NCBI GenBank assembly: GCA_036172245.1
Contig: JAYWIR010000003.1
Coordinates: 3,596,001 to 3,660,000, forward strand
Reading direction: 5' to 3'
Source of the DNA: Raillietiella orientalis
Taxonomy: Eukaryota
DNA length: 64,000 bases
In this document: in pieces, positions 50,151 to 61,100 of the stretch
How positions within the stretch are numbered: position 1 is the stretch's first letter
Layout: the number at the start of each line of letters is the position of its first letter
Notes under the pieces: generated by a model
Told to the model about the DNA's origin: nothing
Seen by the model: only the letters and a program-made list of their open reading frames with translations
Database searches by the model: none
Program-made: the position numbers and the translations under genes

Positions 50151-52466
50151 TACGTTGACCTTTTCCCAGGCAAGAAACACCTAGACAAGAGGAAGGGAAA
50201 AGGGAAAACTAATCACAGGACATGCAAATCACAGGACTGCATGTGCAAAAGAGAACTCTACCGGTAAATTCACCTGCGGCGTGGTAAATATTCAGCAGCA
50301 ATTAAACGTTTTCAAAATATTGCATGCTGCAAAGGTCCTATTAGGTATTTAATAGCAGCCCACTGAGCTCTTGGCGCTGATTTAGTATTTAGCTGATTCG
50401 TCAAGAACCTCAGAAGTACTGTGTGAGAACGGCAAATTTCTTCGAAGTTTGCTTTATTTTTCTTCATGCTTCTGTCTTGGAGCGTACGTTTTCAACTATT
50501 TGAATATGGCTGGTCATTCTCATTTTTTCTCCCTTGATAGGCACTACATTTCAAGGAAGACAAGAATTCCGGGACAGTGCAGTAATGGATTGAATAAAAA
50601 TAGGCAGCATTATAAGTAAAGTGATAAAAATGTTGGGAGAAAGTCACAGATAACGAAGGTTTTATTATCTTATTTCCCTTATCTCTGAAGACGAAAGTAA
50701 GCAATGGTTGGAATTAAGCAACATAATGGCACAGAGGTACGTTCTTCTATTTGTCAGACCATAAAATTCTTGGGGATACTCTGCTTAAGATTGCAGTGGC
50801 TGTCTTCATGTGGTTGAAGAGCCGCGTTTAGGTAAAGTGCTTGCGAAACGCATGCAGCAGTGGACGATTAAGCACTTTACCCAATAAGAAATTTTTGGAT
50901 CGGTATCGAAAAGATTTTCTCCCTTATTATTCTGAAATTTATTATTGCAGTAGTAGGCAAGTTGCAGAATAATAAGGAAGAAAATCTTTTCAATACCGGT
51001 CAAAAAATTTCCTATTCCAGCATGGAAGAGTGTGTATTTGACCCAACGCCCTGGAACTTTGACGAAAAGAGGCTTCTTGGTACTTGAGGGCACTCGAGAG
51101 AGTCTGTCTCTCGAGTCTGTTGCTGCTGCTTGCCGGCTGCAATTAGAGAAGTGTTTGGAGGCCACTGCTACCGTTCTTCCAGAGAGACTGTCCAGAGCAG
51201 CAGTGGAAGCCTTTCAACAACAGCTGCAGGTTTGCACCGGCTGAAAAACGCTCTTGGGCTTCTCAACAGGCGATGTCAGCAGTTCACTCATTTAAGGGGG
51301 AGCGAGGAACTTCTCCCACTTCCGTTTGCAAGAGTGCTCGGGCGAACCGAACCCGAGCGGACACCGTCGGAGGTGTATGAAGGCGGGTCGAAGGTGTCCT
51401 CATAGGTGCGTGTTGAGCGAGCTTCCTTTGGTTTGCTCCCTGAGGACCGTAACGGCCGTCCTGTCCCGTTCCCTCTGGCATCTTCCGTCGGGCGCATCGT
51501 CGTGTATCCAGGGGGCTCCGGGAGAGATTCGGCTAGGAGCAGCCCCCCCCCCCGCCACGCAAGGGACACACGCAAGGTTCACCGGGTGGCATGGCGGACG
51601 TGTGCCAGCACGTGTTTGCCCCGGGGCAACGTGCGGTGCTGACCCGCGTGTGCGTGACGCCGCGCCTTTCTGGGAGAGTTGGTTCTCTGGAGATTCAAAA
51701 TTTTTCGTATTCTGACTGCACACTTCATACTTGGGTTAGAAATTTGCATTTACTTTTGCATGTTGAAGCTCGTGTTACTTCCCAGGATCAACGAGAAGCC
51801 CTTTTGCCTTTTTTCCTGTTTTTGTTTCAACAGACAATACCCGTAGCACGACAGTTTCCCGTTTTATGGGAAACATTCTCGTACCCCATAAAAGGTTTGA
51901 ATTCCATCAGTTGGGCAGCATTGGATGTGGGATGCAATTCGAATTACAAAAGTTTCACGGGTTTTGTGAACTGTTAAAGTTTTCCGAAGGAAACGCGCAT
52001 TTTGTGGTTATTCGTGAGTGCTTGGAAATACAAAGACACCTCGAGGTTTGAGGGAGTCGGATTTCATGATCATGTTTTACCATTTTCCAAAACGTCCATG
52101 CAGCTGTTTTTCCAAAAATGAAATTGCATCCTCAACTTCAAAAGCATACTTTGACCCAGTTTTGGAGGGAGAGGGGGGGGGGCGCCAATTCCAGTATTTG
52201 TGCATTAGGCTCCAAAGGTAAAATTGTGAAATTTTCGACACATCAAAAATGAACCAAAAATTAGTAAATGCAATAAGCCCAATACCACTGCAAGCAGCAA
52301 TACCGATTTTGTCTAAACAGTTGTCTTAGTTTCACAGATGTGAGTTTTCAAAAGCAGCTCATGGCGTTTGATGTGGAGGTGCAAATTAGCAACCGCGAGC
52401 GATTTGTAAAAAAAAAAAAAAAAATCAGATATTTTTGAGTGAGCATTACGTAAAATAATTGCAAAT

Positions 52467-54289
52467 ATGGAAGAAGCAGTGAACTGGATTTCGGTGCATT
52501 TGCAAGCATTGAATGTTGCAGACAGCCATGACATTGCAAGGTTTATAAATTCGACACAGTTACTTTGTTTTGAGATCAAGGTATTTTTTAGGTATCTTTT
52601 GACGATGGAAACCAAAAATGATATGGAAGAATATTTAAACGGGTTTTTCAGCAGTGATGATGTACAATATAAGCATTTCTTACGTCAGTTAGACGTTTTA
52701 TGCAATATGCAAGATTTGAAAAACTGTGAGCATGTGTTTTTAATTTTGAGTAGACATGACATTTACAAGTCAAAGCTATCTTGATTTCGCCAAGTGCTTT
52801 TCAATTTTCATTTTGTTTTCAAGTTTCAGGCCAAAGAAAGGATCAGAATGGCAGGAAGAATCAAATAAGCAAAACAAATGAAGTTAGTTATGTTGAAGGC
52901 ATCCAGATGTTTCATACATATCTTTTAGGTTTTTGAAAGTAAACCAAAAAAGAAATCAAAGTATGTCCCTTTGTTCTCTGGTAAAGGACAACTGGATAAT
53001 ACTCCTGTGGCCATGCTTCCAGGTATTCTGCTAAAATCTTGTGGCCAAGCATTAATTTGGTGTGTCTCTAGGAAGGCATCATTGTAACTGTCAAGCTAGC
53101 AAACATAAACTGATTAGCAACTGTACCAGCTGTGGTCGAATAGTATGTGAGCAAGAAGGATCTGGCCCTTGCATTTTCTGTGGGGAATTGGTAAATGCTA
53201 ACTGGGTAACACACTTCCAACACAGTGCAGTATGCAACAGGTGTGCACGAAGGAAGAGCAAGAAATTCTAACTCAGGACTCATTAAAGTCAACACAGTTG
53301 CGAAATAAGTTGCTGAAGAATAAGGATGTTCAAGGCCTTGAGACAGCATTGCATCATCGTAACCAGCTCCTTCTTTTTGATGATACATGTTCTCAGCGAA
53401 CCAAGATCATTGATGATGAAGCTGATTATTTCAGTCCTGGATTCAATCCTTGGCTCACTGACAAACAACACAAAGAGCTACAAAGCAAAGCAGCATCCAA
53501 CTATGCCAGAAGGCATGCGTCAGTGCGGGAACAGACATTCACTCTTGATTTGGCTGGACGTAGAATTGTAAAGGATCTCCCAAAGAGTTCATCGGAGCAG
53601 GAAGATTCTGTTGATATATCTGGCACTGAAACTGAAGTATCATCTACTTCTTCCACCCAGAAGACCCATCTTAATAAGAGAGTTTTGGAATTGGTTTGGG
53701 TGGACCCAAATATCCCTCTCAGCTATGGGGTGACTGATACAAAAGCTCAGTCATTTGAGCTGAGTCGTATTCAAGACCGAGAATTACTAGAAATGGTAGA
53801 TGAAGGCAAGTGCCTTAGTGTCCATCAGCCATATGCTTCCTTCATTATATGGGGGATCAAAAAGCATGAAGGGCGCAGCTGGTACACACCCCACAGAGGT
53901 TGTCTATGGATTGCATCTACTGGAAAGGTGCCATCGTTGTCACTTGTGGAAGAGGCTTCTCGTTTTTACGCGATGCAAAGTGACCTGGACATACCTTCTT
54001 CTCCAGAAAAGTATTCTGTTGGTTGTCTGTTAGGATGCATCAGCTTAGTAGAGTGTATCCCCCAAGAGGAATACCGAGAACGCTATCCTGAAGGAGAATG
54101 TGATGATCTGTATGTTTGGATCTTGGAGGAGTCTCAGGAATTGCCGATTAAGTTTCCTGTGAAAGGTCAGAAACAGATATGTAAGTATGCTTGTGACTGA
54201 GGTCTCAATGTAATGTGAGTGAAGGGAAACTGGACACTCATTTGCATCAGACAGCTAGAAAATCTCTGAAGAAAGACTTCCTAAACTAG
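52467..54289 (+). CDS. TRIP4: Activating signal cointegrator 1 (ASC-1/TRIP4), 7 exons, 492 aa
   Basis: Exons 52467-52540, 52592-52725, 52830-52882, 52929-53022, 53072-53190, 53241-54180 and 54225-54289 join in frame with GT-AG introns (1479 nt). The product has the C2HC5 zinc finger GRHHCNCQASKHKLISNCTSCGRIVCEQEGSGPCIFCG, the RTKIIDDEADYF motif, the ASCH domain CLSVHQPYAS...GIKKHEGRSWYTPHRG and the C-terminal KFPVKGQKQIWKLD. The exon 2/3 boundaries are least certain. Confidence 0.95.
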
Positions 54290-54639
54290 TTGCACAATAT
54301 GCAACACGGAAGCAGGTGGAGAATTGAGAGCTTTCCTTGCTGGTGGTCATCGGACGGAAATTAAATTGCCCAGAAACGTTGCACAGTTGTTTATGAATCC
54401 ACGAATAGATAATCCAAAGATTTGCATTTTTCAATCTCTGTATGTGTTCTTTATTATAGCGCTAAGTAGATTGCATCGATCTTCAATTCTATTCCTTCTA
54501 TACTTTTATCCGTAAGCTTTATCCGGATATTATCCACAAACATTTTAGCATACAAAATGGACTACATGAAGAACTAGATAAAAAACAGTGAAATATGGAG
54601 CATTTGAGCCAACATCGGAATGAATGCTGATTGTTCCAG

Positions 54640-55800
54640 AAATGCAGCATCTGATTGGAAAATGTGCACCGTTTTACATCAGTGTCTTGAACTTTGGAAT
54701 TGTTATACAGAAATAATGTATGGAATAGCACACATTCTAAGTGTACTTCACTAGGATGCTTGGAGGCATACTTTGAAGTAATTATAGATATAACTTTGAA
54801 GCAGTCTTCGCTAGACAATACTGAAACTCTGCAAACTTCGTAGACTTTCTGTTAAAGAGGGCACTGAAATAACCATTTTCGTGCATGCCCTGTACGGTTA
54901 TAGTGAGGCAGTCCAGGTCAGGTTGAAGCAGCTTTTTGTTTCAATGATATCTAAATAAATAGTATCCTATCAGCAATAGCCTTCAGGGGCTTTGGGTGGC
55001 AGTACTCTCAATGGGCAAACTATAATGGGTAGATTCTTACGTCAATCACTTCAGGCTAATTCTCGATCGCCCGTAAAAGGATCCGTGCAGAGCAAAAGTA
55101 AGAACTGCCAGACGAAAATTTTTAATTCGTCCGGAAATTCGTGATCTTTCATACTAATTCATAAGACATGGCTGTTGGCTGTCTGTTCTCAGATTTCATT
55201 CCTCTTCTTTCCATCCTCGTTTCAGTTTTTCTTCTTCATTCAGTTCCCTATTCTAACCGCATTCTAAAGTATCCTTTCTAAATGATCCACTGTTTCCGTT
55301 TCATTACGACTCTTGAAGGCTGTAATGAAGCTGCTCGAGAAACCTCGTTGCGACTGGGTGCAATGTGGAAATTCCCAGTCCTCCGCTCCCCCAAAAGAAT
55401 TCATTCCCTTTCATGTTCACTGGGAAAAATTCATTTTTTTCCTTTCCCATAATACTCGATGGATCTTTTGAAGATCCCATTAATCTTACTTTGTAATTCT
55501 AAAAAAGCCGAGGTTTCCTTGCATTTCTGAAAACCAAAGACGGAAAGGCTAGAAAGTTAACGCAAGTCTCAAATGTAATCAAATCTGGATTCTTATGAAT
55601 CTGCAGTGCATGATCCTGACACCATAAAGTGCTGCTGCACTTATGTTTGCTCTGGGGACATCATGGCCTTGGTTCACACTGCACAGCTAGGTAGCCATGC
55701 CACGGAATCTTTACGAACCATAGGAAAAATAAAAGGGTACTTCGAACAAAAGGCCATGCCCTTTTTGGAAAAACCAATTGTGCTGATGATTTAGGTTGGA
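54640..55800 (+). mobile_element. Heavily decayed CR1-like RT remnants downstream of TRIP4 (two colinear blocks)
   Basis: Block 54640-55050 reads SDWKMCTV...ILSV and GQVEAAF (cf. GxQVDAxFLD), with many stops. Block 55600-55800 reads DPDTIKCCCTYVCSGDIMAL...KIKGYFEQKAMPFLEK (cf. DLPD...LYADDxAL...IxxWFxxNxLxLNxxKT). Confidence 0.4.
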
Positions 55801-58149
55801 TCGCTGTAAAATTAAGAAATACACTCCATGCTAAGTCGCACATTCAAAAAAGAGGTATTCGTGATGATGTCCTTTAATCAGATTTGGCTTCAGTATTCAG
55901 TACCACTGCATACATTTTGGTTAATTTCCGTTCTCCTTGGTGCATAACAGTTTCCTGCCTCGGTTGCTTCTCTTCTCATTTATCTTGATTTTTCAGACTT
56001 CACTTCTCTTGAGGAGTAAAAGAAACAAAAGAAAGGGGCAACGCAAATCGAAGTCTGGAAGCAACTTATCCCGCTCCCACGGAGAAGGATTCCTGCTGAT
56101 ATGCTTCGAGCTCCGTTGGTTTCGAATTATTTGTAATTAAAGGAAATTTCCGCGCAACTCATCATGCGACATCATCCAGCGATGCGTAAGGATGCGAATC
56201 TTCACAAATGGCACTACACAAATTTCCGTGCCGCTCCGAATTACCCTGTTGATTTTCAGGCAGAAAAAGCTGAAAAAACACCAAAGCTCTTTCAGTCCCA
56301 AACGCTGGAATCGAAAGCTGCAGAGCAAAAAACCAACTTGTAGGTATTCTTCAAAACCCAAAGGGGCGGAGTATTTTTCTGTTTTGATGATCTTTTTTGT
56401 GATGAGACGAATACCCCGGCATCGGGAGCAGTTGCAACTGGTGGTCTTTAGTCCAGAAGCAGAAGGAACACGGAAACTTTTCGGGTAGAATAGGCCCTTT
56501 CTGGCGAGAGGAGTGAAGAAATTCGCTGCTTGAGAGCAGCCGCAGACCGTTCCGCAGAGACGCAGCACGGGCGCGGAGCGCTTGCGAGGATCCGAGAGGC
56601 TGGGCTCAGTAAGCGATGATTTTGAGAAGCCTGAAATTGGAGTGCTCGTCGACGAAACGTTGATGTAAGGAGCGAAGCAGAGAGAAGCAGCCTGAAGAGG
56701 ATATCTTCAGGTTATGTTTCTAGAGGGGAAACCCTAGAAGCCGTCGAGATGGAAGAGAAGGAGAAAAGGGGAAGAGAAATCAACTGAGCCCACGGCATCT
56801 CCGCAGACAAGACGCTTCCAGACGGAAGGCGCCGAAGTGCGGGCGAGCGGCCAGTTTTCATGTACTTCTCCGGGAGTTTGCAATCCGGAAGGGCGATTTT
56901 TTTCGATGCTGACTCCCACGATGTCTGTGCTTGATCATCTTCGCTATATTTTTTGCTACAGAAATTGCACATCTTTTCTCCGCATGGCCATCATTATTGT
57001 CCTCCTAATTATCATGATCGCTGAATTCATTGGGTATGGTGATTTTCTTGGTTGCTTAACGGAGTTTTTTTTTTTTTCTTTTTCCTTTCTCCTCTCTTCC
57101 CTCCTCCTCATCCGACGGGGAAGATACATCGCTGTCGTCTTTGTCTTCGTCACACCTTCATCACTCTCACCATATATGACAAGGTACTCTTTTATTGATA
57201 AGGATGCCACTTGCGTCAGTGATGACGATGACACTTGGGCGGGTGCAATATCCCTTCCCTCCTGGAGGCGGTGGCATCTGAGTCGGAGGGGCGTGCTCCG
57301 GAGTGGAGATGTCGCCCGACCGTTCTTCCTACTTCCTGCCTGCACGCGGGAAGGTGCATGTGCATCAGAAACCCTCGCAAGGAGTCAGAGGATGGTCCCT
57401 TCGAACCGACGTGAAGGTAAGCGAAGGTCAGGTCTCGTGATGGTTCTTTCATAGCGCGCATCGGAAGCGTCCTCAGGCGGTGGTGCCTTCCAGGAAGGAT
57501 GGGGGGTAGAGGAACAAGAGGAACCATTGCTCTCTGTCTTCCCTTCCCTTCCGTCTCCAGGAACTCTGGGGCTCCTCGCAGAGGACCTTCCGCTCAGTAC
57601 CCGGCTGGAGCTCCAGCGAACAAGGCCTTGATGCTGTCGGAGAAGCAGAGCGCGCGAGCCGACCGCCGGTAGGGGAACGTCGCTTCTTCGGTCAGTGGGC
57701 CGGCCTTCGGCCAGCCTGGAAGGTGTCCTACTCCTAAGAAGCAACTCTCCCCCTCGTGTCTGCTGGTTTGCCGGTCCGAATTCTTCCACTCTCTGGCCTG
57801 GCAGGGGACTAGAAGGTCCGATCGAAGCTGGTCGACTGTCTTCTTCCCGACGTGGATCACCTCTCCGTCCGGCGCAGGCGCGTAGAGCCTGTGAGGAGGT
57901 CAGAAGGGGAGAAAGAAAGGAAGGGAAGGGGTTCAGCGTGTGCAAGGCGCAAAGAAAGACTGGTAGAAGAGAGAGGAAAGTACGTTGTGGGGAAAAGGGA
58001 ACGGGTGGGATGAGGGTGAGGGAAGGTTTCCTTTTTGAATTCGGCGGCCGCTCCTAGAGTCTTCTCCTCGGAGTCTCTCAAACGCGCCGACGCTGACAAA
58101 GGGAGAGGAGTGGGGCAAGGGGACCGGGAATCATCCTTCGCCTCTTCCG

Positions 58150-61100
58150 TTAGCCGACGAGAAGCCCCCTGAGGAAGGGCTCGTAGCTGATTGCCACCAG
58201 GGCGGAGCCCGCCAGCGACCCGAGCCAGTAGACGAAGGTGAAAGGAGCCACGTGGAGTCCTCGGCAGCCGAGCTTTAGCGAGGTCGCTAGCACCGGGTTG
58301 AAGTATCCCCCCGAATAGTGAAAACCTGGAAGGAGAAAGGGAGAAGAAAGGAGTAGGAAAAGTCTGTACTCGCCGCGCGCAGGGGTGGCTCTGGACCAGG
58401 GCTGGCGGGGAAGTGCGTCCCGTGATCGGTGCGATGAAGCTTCCCTCTGGAACATTGCCTCCCCCCTCTTTATGACCTGTGGGAAGGGACGGGAACTCCC
58501 GGGACAGCCTCTGCTGCCACCGTCCTTTCCTCTCTCTAGCTGGAGGCCTTTTCTGGCGAGAGGTACACTCCTCACTAGGAGGAGGGAGGAGGGTGGGGGA
58601 GGAATGGCGGAGGAGGTGGCGTCATCTGCGCCTTCCGGAGCCCTTCAAGGGCTGAGGGGAGGGCGGAGACAACGCCGATCCGATGAGCCGCGCGCCCGGG
58701 TCGCTCTTCATCCCCTTCCCTCCTTCCGAGACCCACGGGTGGCGCTCCCGGCGGCGCCGAAGAGGCGTTACCTGCCAGCACCAGCGCCGTGTTGACGGAG
58801 CAGTCGACGACGGAACCCATGCGGGGCTGCAGGTCGCCTATCCACGTAGACGTCAGGCGGCCTGCGGCGGTGGCGGCGCACTCCACCAGGAAACCCATCC
58901 AGACGGAGGTCTGCGGCGACGGAGAAGAGGAGGAAGGTGGTGAGCGTTCCCCGGGTCGAGTAACCCTCTCAGGCAGGCGACCCCTCGCCTACCTGCAGGT
59001 CCGTGGTGCAGCTGGAAGAGTAATCGACGACCCGGCCGTGGAACTCGGTGAGCTGCAGAGTCCAGAACCGCCCGACGTACATCCTGGAAGGAGGAGGGAC
59101 GAGGTCCAGGCAATCCTTGCCCGGTGGCGCGCCCCCCCTCCCCGGACGAGGGACCCGTGGATAGAGAGCTGTATTCAGGACAGGAGGGAGGGAGGGACTT
59201 GCGACCCCTTTGGTCAACGGCCAGGCGAGACCGAGGCCCGGGCTCTCACGCATGCACATGCTTCCGGGGGGAGTCCCTACGGGAGGACCTCTCCTTTCCC
59301 ACTCGTTCTTCCGGGGGGATTTCCGTCCCAGCTGGCAGCGTCGTCTTCTTCAAGGAGCTTCGCGCGCGCACAACCCGGATCCCCAGATCCTACTGGTCAG
59401 GGGAGGCTTCTCCCCTTGGCCCTTGGTGGGTCTCGGAGTCATTCCCCAAGACTGCTCCACCTTCGAACGCCGTCGCCCCTCCAGTCTCCTCACAAGGCAG
59501 TCTCAAGAGCCTGCGAACGGGCCCATTTGACCTCACTGGGATCCTTGGAGAAATCCAACCAACGGCGGGCCCCCGACAGGCGGGACCGTCCGGCCGCGCA
59601 GCCTTCGACCGGGATAAGAGGGAAGGAGAGACGCGCGAGAGACTCCTTCCCCGCTGCCTCTCATCCATTTTTTCCCTGGTGAGGGCTCGCGAACGAGTGG
59701 TTCCCTGGCCCTCAGAAGGGGCCGCCGCAGCCATAGCGCTCTCTGTCCCGAGTCTTCCGCAGTGGTTCACGGAGAAGTTTTCTTCCCGGGAGGTCACAGG
59801 ACGGGGGAAGAAGGGGGTCGATGAACATTCCAGAAAACTATCAGAAGCGCCGAAGATAAAAACTCCCACCGCAAGGAGTCCTGAGCGGCCGGAACTCCTG
59901 GGAATTAGGGCCGCCTCAGGAGTGGGTCCCCACGGTTGGCTCCTCCCCCGGAACGCGTTGCTTCCGCTGATCGAGCGAGGGCGTCGGTTCTTCCCCTCCC
60001 TCCTTTTCGGGTTCCCTCCAGGAGTGCTCTGGAGCGGCAGGCGCCACCGGTCCAAGAAGGCGAGAAGAGGGCGATCCTCGCGGCGTCCCACCATCCTTCC
60101 GGGCAGCACGGCGAGCCCTCCACTGGGAGGGGCAGCCGCGTCCGCCCCGACGATTCGACCATCCAGTTCGAAGTCCTCGATGGCCGATACCTTCGCGAAG
60201 GTGAGCGCCGACTGCACCGGTATTGGAGCCCCCGGTCCCATTCGTCTTCGGGTTCGGTCGCTCGGAGACGCAGCGGGAAAGAGCAAAGCCGCCTCTTGGA
60301 AGGGGAGACGCGACATCCCCATCACGAGGAATTCTGGGGTCTCCACTTGGGAGGGCTTCGGCAGAGAGTCAGAAATGCCATTGCTGCCTCTCTTCTGCGA
60401 GTCGTTCATTTTCTTCTTCATCTTGTACTGATGAAAGATCATGAAGTCCTCGGGAAAGCGTCGACAGGTCTCGAGGCACGTCTGGTGCGGCAGCGAAGCG
60501 TTCCGCAAATGGAGAGAAGCTGGCCGGCACAAGCAGAAGGATGGCGACCCTTAGCGCGTTTTTTCTCCCGAGAGATGTGCTAGTCGATCTCAGTCTGCAG
60601 CCCTCGAGCCCCAGAGATGCCCGGAAGGAGACAGGGAAATAGGACTTTCCTGCATTGGGAGTCTTCTGGTGCTCGGCGTGGATCTAGTCCTTCAGTGTAC
60701 GCTCAGCCTAGCCCCGAAGTCTCACACAGTCCATCCACTACCAACCACGCCTGTCTCACCTCGATCTCGCCCGGAACACATTCTCATAGGTGGAATTCGC
60801 ACGCGTCTCGCGTCGATTCCGCGACCGACACACGTGGACTTCTTGCGCACTCAACAGTGGCGTCCAGTGAACATGAACCGGTCTCGCCGAGGCAACAGCC
60901 GAGTTCCGTGTCCGTCACCCACCGATACCGTCCGTCGCCAATCTCGCGTCGACCACCCATCGGACGTCCACCCTCCACCTCTCCAGGACTTCCTCTCTCC
61001 ATTCCTGCTGGTCTCATGCTGGCACTCCAGATTCTCTCCAGCTCAAGAGGAAGAGGTGCCAGCTCGGGGTACCAATTCCTCCCTTCATTCCTTCCTTCTT

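Noticed and set aside
56700..57450. Coding exon(s) with acidic/basic or hydrophobic stretches
   Set aside because: They derive from GA/TC-rich and poly(T) low-complexity sequence, have stops in the plausible frame, and give no splice-consistent model.
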